A stretch of 64,000 nucleotides of DNA from positions 434,001-498,000 of the forward strand of contig JAKMXF010000044.1 in the NCBI GenBank assembly GCA_024704765.1, given 5' to 3'. This stretch comes from Oopsacas minuta. Taxonomy: Eukaryota; Animalia; Porifera. The notes under the pieces were generated by a model. That model was not told the origin of the DNA. It saw nothing but the letters and a program-made list of their open reading frames with translations, and ran no database searches. The stretch's first letter is position 1; each line of letters begins with the position of its first letter. The position numbers and the translations under genes were made by a program. Shown here one piece after another: positions 13,601 through 38,659 of this stretch.

Positions 13601-15173
13601 TGAAGAAACTGATCAGGTTAGTAATATACAATATTTGATATTTTATTTACCGTCTGATAATCTGAATGTATAATCAATTTCATTTTTATTCGTTTTTAGT
13701 CTCGTTGCTACAAATATTGGCCTCAGAATGGAGAAAGTGAATGTTACGGACGAACGAAGGTTACTTTTATTTCTCAGTCAAGAGAGCTTGATTATGTCAA
13801 AACGTATTTCAAAGTATCTCTAACACAGGTGATTAATTTATTCAGTATACAACTAGAGTCGGAAAATTGTTGTGAACCCCGATGTACTTATTATTAACAG
13901 AGTCTGAGTTCCCATTCTGACATTCCCATAGGATTTGTATTTTCTTTTATATGAACACTCTAATACTTGTAACATTATTTCGAACCCTTGAGTATCCACA
14001 AATTCATACTAATGAATTACTGCACTTAATTCAATATAGAGTATGGAGTACAAACTAGTCACTCACTACAGATACACTACTTGGCCTGATCACGGTGTGC
14101 CTTCCTCACCAGATCCTATTCTCAAACTTATTAGAGAAGTTAATAGTATCAATATTAATAGCGTTAATTCTCCTATCATTATACATTGCAGGTATGTTCA
14201 ATAAGTCTCTACAGGTATATTTCTTGATTATTCGATAATTACATATTGTATTAATTTAGTGCCGGTGTTGGGAGAACAGGCTGCTACATTGCAATTGATA
14301 TAGGACAAGAACAATTAATTGTAAGTTATGAGATAGTTAATTCTTGAATTCCAAAGAATGGCTTTGTATTTTATCAAGTACATAATATTTATAGTCTTTT
14401 TCTATCTGATAGAAATCTTCCTCTGTCGATATATTAGGAACTCTATGTTCAATGAGACGTGAGAGGTAAGTATTCATTCTTGTTTAATTATCATTTAATT
14501 TTAGAAACCATTTTATATATTCATTCTCCCATTTAGAGGTACTATGATTCAGACATTTGATCAGTACTTATTCGTATACCATGCACTGTCTCACTTCACA
14601 TATACAGAACAACTAATCTCTCCCAGAATGAGAAACGATTATCAACGTTTCATTTCTTCTATGATGAGTCCTATCTCAGGGTTCCCACCTAAATTCTACA
14701 ATAGCTCTAACAAGTTAATTGATGAACTTAATAAAGGTACCAATGTCATGGAGACATCAACCCCCGCTAGAGTTCCACATCACGAAATATTAACTACTCC
14801 TTCTATTAACACAAACTCCTCTGCTCTTAAATCTTTCTCATTCATTGAGCCTGAACTACCACAGCCTCAATGTAACTCTGCTAGCTACCAAACTAAAGAT
14901 AAACAATTTAACTTTCCAGATACATCAAGAAAACTCCGATCTTGTGAACACACTGCATTTCCTTTCGGTAATTTAACCATAAGAAGCAATACACCTAGTG
15001 ATCATTTCCCATTCACTTTCTCTGACAATAATCTAGGTAAAGGTTGTGTGGTACCGCCTAACAATGAATCCACAACATATTCCAGTTTCACATGGCCTTC
15101 TGGTGTTAAGAGGATACCGGTCACATCCGGGTCCCCTATCACACCCCGGACCCCTACTCTCCTCGTTCATTAG
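10671..15173 (+). CDS. PTPRR: Receptor-type protein tyrosine phosphatase, single catalytic domain, R7/KIM family (PTPRR/PTPN5/PTPN7-like); TM end, juxtamembrane region, PTP domain and C-terminal tail
   Basis: Exons 10671-~11218, 11716-11820, 12416-12497, 12855-12930, 13043-13156, 13519-13616, 13700-13828, 14040-14191, 14260-14320, 14413-14465, 14537-15173 splice in frame. Motifs: VAVIICIIM-QNQRKRK (TM end), RRGIQLKLDL (KIM-like), VPMN..IPGTGHKNRYPDILPNRCSRVIL, YINAN, YIAAQGP, DFWRMV, KYWP, WPDHGVP, HCSAGVGRTG, MIQTFDQY. PTP identity is firm; R7 assignment is from recalled motif similarity. Confidence 0.88.
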
Positions 15174-16618
15174 ATTGATTAATCCAATCTAACAAAATTT
15201 ATTTCCTGGAATCATATTTGGGCGTTTCCTTTTGCAACTTATCTTCACTTCTTCTCGAGTATGATACTCTGTCTGTCTCTAATATTTTAGGCTTGTTCTA
15301 TCATTTACGCTTCCAGCTACTTCATCTCCTCATTCCCCGATTTTATCTTATCAATCTAGTTTTATCGCTGCTATATCATACCTTGTGTATACAATTTTAA
15401 TCTACCTGTTAGCTTTTTAGCTGTCGCACGAACAGATATTCTTTGTACTCCAATTTTAGTATTTCTTAACTATTTACGGAACATTCAAGTTGAATTGAGC
15501 ATGGCGATTATCTTTATCATTCCCTAATACCTCTTATTATTAGGCTGTGTGCTATTATTCTTATTCTTGTATTCTGGTCACTTCATGATTCGATATCGAA
15601 TTAGTAAAAGAGATTATTTTATTGTTTAGTGTGTAGGGTGGGAGTGGGTTTAATTTGGTTACTGGCTACTGTTTATGGATAATTATACTATTTATTTTCA
15701 TTTATGCATTATTTACACCATAAGCTAGACAGCTCAGTTGTCTACGTGATGACCTGCAAGTGTGTCTACATTGCTTATTTATACATTTTGATAACCTAAT
15801 CGAGTTATCATTTTACTTCACCATTACTAAATATTTTTCTAATTCTTGCAATTCATAATTTCATATACATTCAGCCGATATTGTAAGAGTAGAGAACTTT
15901 AATGGAAATTAGAATTAGAATTTGGCATAGGATTAATGGGTTCTGTAAAATTAACATGGGTGCAGTTAACGGATGCTCTATTCTCATGCTTTTTCAATTT
16001 TATCTCCCTCCTGGACGGTTGGCAGTTATGACTCAAAATTATATTATCCAAGCTACAATGACTAATCAGAGCATAATTATTGGGTAGAAAATGGACCACG
16101 AGCTGTACTACCAGTCTGTCCACTGCTACTGGACATTAGTATCTAACTATCTATGAAGTGCAAATTTAAATATAAGAAACGCAAAGCATTGTATATTGAT
16201 GCCAGGTGGACGGCAGCTTCTGTGGAAATTTTAACTTGTGGTGGCGTACATGCGTTGGTTGCGACGCTAACACTGACCATTAAATTTCACTCCGAAAACA
16301 TTGTACTGATGCTAGATAATTCGTTGGATACTACAACCTTGTAAAAAGTGCTCTAAGTGCTCTCAACCACTCAATGTGTATCTAATCTAGAATAGACTAA
16401 ATGCATAGTTTATCATTCTTGTTAAAGGCAATATTTACTTGGTATATTTATAGCTTATGATTGGGTGGGTGTTACTGCAATGTGATGAAGAATGAACGCT
16501 TTAGTTAGCTCTAGTTCCAAGCAATAATGATATACTAAATATCATAACTTGCTTTGCTGCATTCATATTATCAAGCTTATTATATGCTACTATATTACTT
16601 GTGTGTGGGTTTGGCTCG

Positions 16619-17092
16619 TTAGTTATAGTAATGGTTCTTAGGGTATGCAGAGTATGGGTACCATTCATGTTGGCTCTCTAACAAAGAGTATTGTTGTTGG
16701 TTTTCAATCACATTCGAAATAAAGCTATTATTGAATGCTTGTTGTTGATTGCACTGAACTTCCTCTTGGTTTATTTCTACCTCTGTGTTAGTAATAGATT
16801 TCTTTTCTTTCTTTAACTGAGCAACATCTTCATGTAGATCATCTAGCACAGCTAGTAATGCGTTCCTCTCTGCTTCTAGCATGTTGATCTCGAAGTCTAT
16901 GTTACATCTTTTTTTCTTTTCGTAGAGCCTGGCTTTTTCTAGTCTACGTTTGCGTTTCACAGCGCATTTTTGCTCCTCAGTTAGCTTCAGAGCAGTCATT
17001 TTGTAGTTGAGTAACTTAGGGCTTAGTTTGATTAGTTCTGATAACTGTGGAATATTCAATCCATTAACACTAGACTTTTTTGAAGATGCCAT
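16619..17092 (-). CDS. Divergent Maf/CNC-type bZIP protein, 157 aa, intronless
   Basis: ELIKLSPKLLN..LKLTEEQKCAVKRKRRLEKARLY matches the Maf extended-homology plus basic region pattern (ELVTMSVRELN..LSKEE..LKQRRRTLKNRGY), followed by a leucine heptad zipper and a Q/N-rich tail. Confidence 0.7.
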   Translation of the reverse strand: MASSKKSSVNGLNIPQLSELIKLSPKLLNYKMTALKLTEEQKCAVKRKRRLEKARLYEKKKRCNIDFEINMLEAERNALLAVLDDLHEDVAQLKKEKKSITNTEVEINQEEVQCNQQQAFNNSFISNVIENQQQYSLLESQHEWYPYSAYPKNHYYN

Positions 17093-17681
17093 CCTATTTG
17101 TTGTAATGTTCTATCATTCCGATTTTTATTTAGTTACAATTTGCTGATATATTTATACTACTTTCTTCTCAATCGAATAATTCACCAACCATAAACCCAA
17201 ATTTTTGTACAGATGCAATAATTTGGATATTTGCACATCTCTTACATTTCTCTGACCTTTTGCTTTGCTGGTTCTGATTAATTAGTTAATTCAACTTATG
17301 TTGAGGGTAATTAATGTAGCGACTATTTAGAAGATAGAGTCTCAAAAATGCAAGTTGCTTATTTTTAGTTTTAATTATTTTGTTTGAAAAATCTATCAAG
17401 AAAATACAGACTCTAGGTAGGACTTCACATCAACATGTATTTCTTGGATATTTTCTATTTTTCAGAAATATAGTTATTACCTTGATGTGTTTTCTTAGAA
17501 TCTATTTTTTGAGGAATACCTTAGAACTCAGTTAGTATATGCTCGGCTTAAGACGTACTCTCGGTTAGTACTTTTCTCCAAAACTGAGTATAAATTATTT
17601 TATTTTAATTGTATATGAAGAATATTCGGGTAAGGCGTACTTCCTTTAGTACCTAGTAATTTTTCGTTCCTGAGGGGTATG

Positions 17682-18048
17682 CAGACTTGCCAACGCTCCA
17701 GGGATCCAGGGATTCGAAAGTTTGTATTGGTCGGGTAAATTGTGAATTTTCAACTACGATGTCAATAACTATAAGTGTTACATAACAATCAATAAGTTAT
17801 TCTTCAGAACTAGATTATATATAACCTAAAAAAAGATCCAGAGATTTCCCTGGATCTTTAGTTAGGGAGTTACAAGCTCCTTCTTAGACGTACGGGTTCT
17901 TGTTGAGTTATATAATAATCTATACGAATTATCTCCGAACAACTCCATAATGGTGACTTCCAAACTGGTTTATAAGTGAGGAGTAAAATGATCCAGGGAT
18001 TTTAAGATTTCAATCCAGGGAATTATCAACGAAGGGTTGGTAAGTCTG
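17682..18048. mobile_element. 367-bp TIR element with 6-bp TSD, inserted into an older MITE
   Basis: TIRs cagacttgccaacgct / cagacttaccaaccct (14/16); direct repeat GGTATG at 17676-17681 and 18049-18054; subterminal atccaggga repeats at both ends. Confidence 0.75.
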
Positions 18049-18527
18049 GGTATGTCTTATCCTAGTACTAATATAAATTTCATTAACTCTGGAGAATCGT
18101 GAAAGTAAAAACACTAAGATTTTTCACTATGGATAATCCATGGGTTACTAAATAATAAATACGTAGCTATTGCTCTGTTAGTAGGAGGATCTGCCTAGTA
18201 CAATATTATCAGTAGCCACTATATCAAGAAGACGAGGATAAGTTCCCTTTTTGTATTTACAAGATACAATACTGCAACTTATCCTGTTATGTAATTGGCT
18301 GATTTTCAGGGGTTATTACAGCAAGATTTATTCTCGAATGGGATGCATATCGCCGCAGGATCTCGTCCTCTCACCACTTATTGCCTATATCCTAAGATTT
18401 ATCAGTAATTTGTTGTGATATTAATAGTATAGTTACTATATTTGTTAGTGATATTGTTTTGGGTTTATAGTTATGTATCTCCAACTTCGATTTGCATTGA
18501 GAACAAATGTAATCTTTAGGGGAATTG

Positions 18528-18964
18528 CATATATTAAATAGTACCTAGCGCATGCGCTGCTAGTACCTAGCGCATGCGCCGCTAGTACTTGGCGCATGCG
18601 CTACTAGCATACTATAGGCAGATGAAACTAAAGTGAATTACTGACACGTGTAGATATGTAATTAGGCTTCCGGGTCATATAATTATTTAAGTGCGGGACC
18701 ATTTTGCATTTTATTCAAATATTTGTGCATCATTTATATAATTCCACTTCTTTGAGTACCCAAGTTTTATCTGAATTGTTCTACTTTTTTCTGAAATAGC
18801 CATGCCTAGAATGACTAATGCGAATGCTCGGGAGAAGCTTTCTTCGACTCTAAAGCAATTCCGTTCCATCACGGGAGAGAGTATTGGGGTCGTTTTTACG
18901 TGGAGAGGAAAGTTAGCTACAATGGGTACTAGCAGCGCATGCGCTAGGTACTTTTTAATACCTC
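18528..18964. mobile_element. 437-bp TIR element with 8-bp TSD carrying NRF1-type sites and a captured or truncated ORF start
   Basis: TSD GGGAATTG at 18520-18527 and 18965-18972; 40-bp TIRs (36/40) including a perfect 28-bp core agtacctagcgcatgcgctgctagtacc. Confidence 0.8.
18540..18605. repeat. Three tandem 22-bp units, each containing the palindrome GCGCATGCGC (NRF1-type binding site)
   Basis: agtacctagcgcatgcgctgct / agtacctagcgcatgcgccgct / agtacttggcgcatgcgctact; a fourth inverted copy lies at about 18925-18952. Confidence 0.9.
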
Positions 18965-19170
18965 GGGAATTGTTCTCAAACTTTAAGACTCCATTTCATA
19001 ATCGTAATGCATATGTGAGGGGTTCTCGATCCCTTCAAATGAACTTTATTTACTTTGCGATCATCACAATTCAAGGCCGCCCCACCTCTCGCGAGCTTCC
19101 GTCGGGCCTGCCTATTACACTGATAAAATATATTTATTGTCGGGACAAGTTTCCCAGATTTCCTCTATAG
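18802..19170 (+). pseudogene. Chimeric ORF: about 43 codons of NRF1/MADS-like sequence, then read-through across the right TIR into flank
   Basis: AREKLSSTLKQFRSITGESIGVVFTWRGKLATMG resembles NRF1 LLRKLRATLDEYTTRVGQQAIVLC...VFG and the MADS helix-strand-strand pattern; SSACARY onward is TIR and flanking DNA. Confidence 0.4.
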
Positions 19171-19403
19171 ACACTCGGTATGTTCCCCCGCCTTTACCAG
19201 AAATTTATATATCTTCCCCTGCGTAGATAATCGAATCTTGTTGGCCCAACTATTGAATTTGGTTTTACCCGGCATGGAGAGTCAGCCCCATCCTACTCTC
19301 TGGCTACGGGCCTGGACTAAATACGGCATTTATTTTATTGTCAAATTCAGATTTGTTTTCATAATTGTATATTAAACTTTTGGTATAGTCTAGTAGCTGT
19401 CAA

Positions 19404-19886
19404 ATGGCAGAAGCCAATGATGACCATGAGAAAGATTTGAAATTTAAACGTGAAAACAAAGATTGGAAGTTCTATGGAGTAGATAATATCGGCCAGGAGG
19501 ATAACCCAACTCCGTCTACGAACACGTTATTCTGGTACCGCGCAATTGAACAAAGTACTTATACAGAAATGGTTCAAAGCAACCAGTTCCCTAATGAAGC
19601 TGCATATGGAGGGATAGCTAATAATCATAAGTACGTTGGTAAATATTTGACAAACAAGTCAGAGGCTAATAGAATCATTGAGTTCAATACTGTGAAGTTA
19701 GGACTACTTTCTGAATATTTCACCAAAAATGGAATTAATGCTCCTAAACCAGAAGATGGCGCTATCTCATATGGATTGGGCTTAAAGGGTAACAAACCCG
19801 TAGGAAAACCACTTATCCTATTCAATGATTCGATGCGTAAAGGTGACATTACCTGGAGAGTAGTAGATAAAAAGGTGCCGAAATAA
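19404..19886 (+). CDS. Orphan 160-aa protein, possible ADP-ribosyltransferase/toxin-like fold, intronless
   Basis: Clean ORF with caaATGG start context and AATAAA overlapping the stop (19882-19887); protein-like composition; motif series WYRAI..Y..M, GIA...Y..Y, IIEF, KPEDG.I..GLG, L..FND. The ORF is likely real; the function is inference. Confidence 0.6.
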   Translation: MAEANDDHEKDLKFKRENKDWKFYGVDNIGQEDNPTPSTNTLFWYRAIEQSTYTEMVQSNQFPNEAAYGGIANNHKYVGKYLTNKSEANRIIEFNTVKLGLLSEYFTKNGINAPKPEDGAISYGLGLKGNKPVGKPLILFNDSMRKGDITWRVVDKKVPK

Positions 19887-20470
19887 ATAACAATAGTACT
19901 TGTGTGTGCTCATAGGATTTATAAACTTTTGTGCATGCACAACTTAGTATATTTTGCTAGTGTTAGTGTTATTCATTATTTATGCTATCAGTATTGTAAC
20001 AAAGTTACTCTTGTTCTTAAGGGGACCTGCGATCCCTGTTATGTGGGGGCCCCTCAGTTAAATCATGGGCAGTTACATATATAGGTATAGCTAGAGGGTT
20101 GCAGGCAATCCCAAAAGGATATTGTCAATAATCCCAGTAGCAATCCCTGGATTACTTGGAATGCTAGCAATTTCTGTATTATTAGGGTTGTTAGCAACAC
20201 CTATAATACATCCTGTGTCCCCAGAGTAACCCCAAAGAGGAAATGCTAGTAGCATCTGGTACAAATTGAGGCATGGAGTCTAGTCAGCCGCCACTCCTGT
20301 TGAATTTGACTTGTGTTTAGAATTTTTTTGAATACATGCCTTCATCTATGAAACTAAATAGCCTTTTAATAGTTCAGGTTATGTTCCTCCTAGTAACCTA
20401 GCCTGTAGACAGGATATTTTATTGAGGTTTAGGATTATTTATCTTGATTAGTATAATATTTTTCAATTTA

Positions 20471-21379
20471 ATGGCTTCTCGGTTAACTCCAGAATTCCTC
20501 GCACAACGTACCAACCGTTGGAATCGTAAGAGAGGAGAGATGGCCTCTGAGTACTTGAGACGAGTAACACATCTCTTTCTATCAGAACACAATTTGTCTA
20601 ATCTAGTAGGAATAGAAGTGTGTACACGACTATCTGTACTCTATCTCTACGACAATTCCATACGAGAAATACACAATTTGGAATTTGCTCATGGACTCAC
20701 TCATCTGTATTTGCAAAATAACTTTATTTCAAAATTGGAAGGACTTTTATCTCTGAACAATTTAACCAAACTGTATCTAGGTGGTAACCTGATCACTGTA
20801 TTGGAAGGGATGGAAAACCTGAAATGTTTGAAAGAACTGCACATAGAAAGTCAGAAATTGGACCCTGGAGAGAAGCTACTATTTGACCCCTTATCCCTTC
20901 GTGCTATTTCTCCCTCCCTCCTAATCCTGAATATCAGCAATAATCATATTGATACTCTTCAGGAATTGACAGTGTTAAATAACTTGGATACTCTATTCTG
21001 CACTAATAACATACTATTTGATTTAGTGGAACTTGTTAATTTTGTGAATCGTATGTTAATGTTATGTAATTTAGATTTACGGAATAATCCTGTGTGTAAA
21101 CGGATTCATTACCGAGAGAATACAATAACACATAGCTCTCTCAGACAGCTAGATGGTAAGGATATTCCTGACAGCACAAGGCTGTTTCTACACAAGTTAC
21201 ACTATATTAGAGAATCAAGGAAGAAACAGTTTGTTAGACAAACTACGAGTACTACTCCTAAGAGACACGATTCAAAGATGATAGTGACACCATACCTCGC
21301 TCTACACCCTAGTTACCGATTGTATGACTCTAATTCTACACCACCTCCGCCAGATGGATTGAATAATAATGATGACTGA
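20471..21379 (+). CDS. PPP1R42: Protein phosphatase 1 regulatory subunit 42 (LRRC67/TLRR), SDS22-like LRR protein, intronless
   Basis: LSVLYLYDN, LTHLYLQNN, KLYLGGNLI.VLEG, ELHIESQKL..GEKLLFDP, LNISNN closely match PPP1R42; first ATG at 20471. Confidence 0.93.
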   Translation: MASRLTPEFLAQRTNRWNRKRGEMASEYLRRVTHLFLSEHNLSNLVGIEVCTRLSVLYLYDNSIREIHNLEFAHGLTHLYLQNNFISKLEGLLSLNNLTKLYLGGNLITVLEGMENLKCLKELHIESQKLDPGEKLLFDPLSLRAISPSLLILNISNNHIDTLQELTVLNNLDTLFCTNNILFDLVELVNFVNRMLMLCNLDLRNNPVCKRIHYRENTITHSSLRQLDGKDIPDSTRLFLHKLHYIRESRKKQFVRQTTSTTPKRHDSKMIVTPYLALHPSYRLYDSNSTPPPPDGLNNNDD

Positions 21380-22411
21380 TTTATAATCTTACTTATTTCG
21401 AAATTTAACGATTTTTTAATTTAACTCATTTATGGTTTTGATACTTAATTAAATTTTGTAGATTTTACTAATTTGAACCCAAAATAGAACATGGATGATA
21501 GATACATTCTTGGGCGTTGCCAGGGTGATTTACACGGCGTGCCTAAATGTTTATTAAGTTTGAATAAATATATTTGTGTAAATGGAGTATAAAACAGTTA
21601 TTTAGTGCATCTCCTATAGTAGTGGTTCTCAACCTGGGGTTGCGGGTGAGAATCACTGTCCTATAGGGAGATGCCCTAATAGCATGGTCGATGTGTGACG
21701 TCCATCCGTACGGCCGTGTGAATTATAACAGTCCGATTTATATTGCATTTTAGATACACAAAATTCATACCAGAGATTTGCACTAATGGTATGAATATCC
21801 TAAAGTGAATTATTCACACCTTTCGGGTGATTTATCACATTTTGACACCTTTTAAATATATTCTTATGAAAGATCCTCTTCACCAAATATCCCTTTAATT
21901 ATACAAATTACTATATGTTTGCTAATGAATGTCAATATAAATGCTGGAATTGACTCAATGTTTTGCCAATTTTCTATCCACAGTACTCAATATTATATAA
22001 ATTGTAGTATTTATTTGAGCTCAGACAAAAACCTCACAGAAATATATTTATATAATCTTTTTTCCAATAAACATAGTAATTTTGTTTCTGATTATTTCTA
22101 GAGTCTATAATACATAATTGCTATCAATTCAACTTATCTTAATTCTTTTGAAATGAAACCCGATTAATCGGGACTCTTTATCCCAATCCTTTGCATGCAC
22201 ATAAGTATTGTAGTATCTTCACAAATGTTTGCAGTTGTCAGCTCTTCGAATAAACCAGTCAGATTATTCGGCTTATTCGTACAAATTCTATTATATATAA
22301 ACAAATACGTTTCGTATCTGATTATTTCGCATTTTATCCTATTTAGCGTGTGATTAATTGAAACGCGCCTTCTATTCTCTCACATAAAATTATTTATCTC
22401 ACTCAGCTAGA

Positions 22412-36751
<14,340 letters not shown>

Positions 36752-37628
36752 ACCTGTAACAATTTTATTTAGTGTATTAATTAACTGTCTGAAGCATGGG
36801 GCCTCCCCGGGTCTAAATATCAACTCTAGCTATTCATGGACATGTGTAAATGTTTTTATTCTTGCCTAGTTAAGTTCATATGTGTTTCTTGTTACCGTGC
36901 TGATCATTAAAGTATGGAGTAGTAGATTGAACTATTATATGTATATTGCGTACTGAATGACATTTGTTATGTTGTTTCGTTACCAATTTGGAGCCTTATC
37001 TACTAACAAACTTTACATATCTTAAACATTGTATTTGGGTAGATGATATGGAATTTGATGATTTTAATAAGATTCCATGCGTTAAATGGTTTAATTTATA
37101 GAATATTTATGAACGAATACCAAAACAGCTGGGAATATTTCTTCAAAATAAGTTAAGCATTTTTATGCTTTGCTGGTGTAAATGTATCTTTGATTGATTA
37201 TTTCTAATAAGAACCATTTCAAATAATTTATTGTATTTGACTAATCCCACAGATAAAACTACAAATTCTCAATTAAATCCATCTCGTGTTAAATTAACTC
37301 GCATTGAGGCAAGGAAGATTAGACTAATATAAAGTTAGAATGATATCCAATCAAATTGTGGAGTATTTAACAGTACTCCTATTTACGTATAGAAGGATGG
37401 CCCAACACCTACACAGAACTGATTAAAATATCTATGAAACCTAGTACATACCACTATTTCTATTGGAAATGATGTGCCCGCCCATGTACGAAAATATACA
37501 TAATAACTTTTCGAAATGTTCAATTGTAGTCTTTAAAATATTGAACTCATCATTTATTGGGTCATAAATAGGATCAAGATAAGATCGTAGAACGTATATC
37601 TTTTTAGAATTTAGGATCGGGATCTAGA

Positions 37629-37770
37629 CAGCCCTTGACAAAATTGGAAATCCGTGGTGGCTAACTTAGTCACCACCTCGCATAACTAAGCAAAAAATAC
37701 ACGATTTTTTGGTGTCTTAAGGAAAATTCTGGTGGTTATAGCCACCAACCACCGGATTTGTCGAGTATTA
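37629..37770. mobile_element. About 142-bp hAT-type MITE
   Basis: Termini cagcccttgacaaa / taatactcgacaaa; flanking 8-mers gatctaga / gatctata (7/8); internal ggtggcta inverted motifs. Confidence 0.45.
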
Positions 37771-38659
37771 GATCTATATCCTTCTATCGAGAATCTTCTA
37801 ATGCACTATTGTATTAATCACAAACCTCTGAGATGCAGCAACATTGGAGTAAACGTTTGTGCTGCAGTCAGAGTTGCCGAAGGAGTGAAATTTCAATTCC
37901 CATTACCATCCCATTCCCACAGGATTTCCCACTGGATTCTAATTGAATTCCCAGATTCTATTAATCAAATATATAAATTAATAGGAAATAATACACTTGA
38001 TTTACGGAATCATTTGTATTATACTTATGGAACTTTTATCGGATATAAGAACATTATAGTGGAAAACGGTTGCCATATACCCCAATATAATTCATGCCGA
38101 TTATAAGAACACTCTTAGACTAGAAGTGAATTTGGTTCTTATTACCGGTATGTTTGTAGATTCGGCATAAATAATTCAGTATATATGAGAACTGTTTTCT
38201 ATAATATGGTTCCTACATATAAATGTGTTTATTGAAGTGTTCTTATAGCCAACGCGACATCCAGTGTACCTGTATAGAATTACATACGGTTACTAATTAC
38301 TAAATAGTACCAACCCCAATGGATTTCCAGAAATATGACTTCTCATGGGATTTCCATAGGATTTCCCACGTGAAATCGTGGGGGAATAGGATAAATACGA
38401 ATCCCATTCCGATGGGATTTCCTATTCCCGAGGCACTCCCACAGCAACCCTGGCAGCAATTCTATGCAATTTACTATTTGCGAAAAATAAAATCATTTTG
38501 TGGATAGAGTGTACCGTATCTGAGAGGTTTACGGAAGTTTATCTGTACAGTATATTTTTAGTGTCCACCGGGTGTCAGCTGGCAACCTTGAGCCCTGGTA
38601 TATAATATTTGTATAATAATTATACAATACTAATATTAATTCATAAAGCAAATATTAAC

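Noticed and set aside
15899-16344. GC-richer island with short ORFs on both strands between the PTP and the bZIP
   Set aside because: The best frames on both strands contain internal stops and no recognisable domain or consistent exon chain; it may be a decayed gene fragment or UTR.
18540-18605. Three 22-bp repeats as a possible CRISPR array
   Set aside because: Units are directly tandem with no spacers, there are no cas genes, and the context is eukaryotic.
19625-19849. Antisense shadow ORFs (also 29822-30031, 34035-34316, 39436-39690, 42045-42533, 48448-48696, 56651-56845, 60871-61095, 62725-63045)
   Set aside because: They overlap better-supported genes on the opposite strand and show no domain signal.
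20091-20255. 54-aa minus-strand ORF (MLLAFPLWGYSGDTGC...LPATL)
   Set aside because: Short, no recognisable motif, antisense to the PPP1R42 upstream region; cannot be supported without expression data.
37732-38507. ORFs 37732-38106 and 38319-38507 (also 1239-1568, 45104-45313, 45491-45712)
   Set aside because: They run through MITE and attcccat/ggcaaccctg repeat sequence, and the translations are not protein-like.
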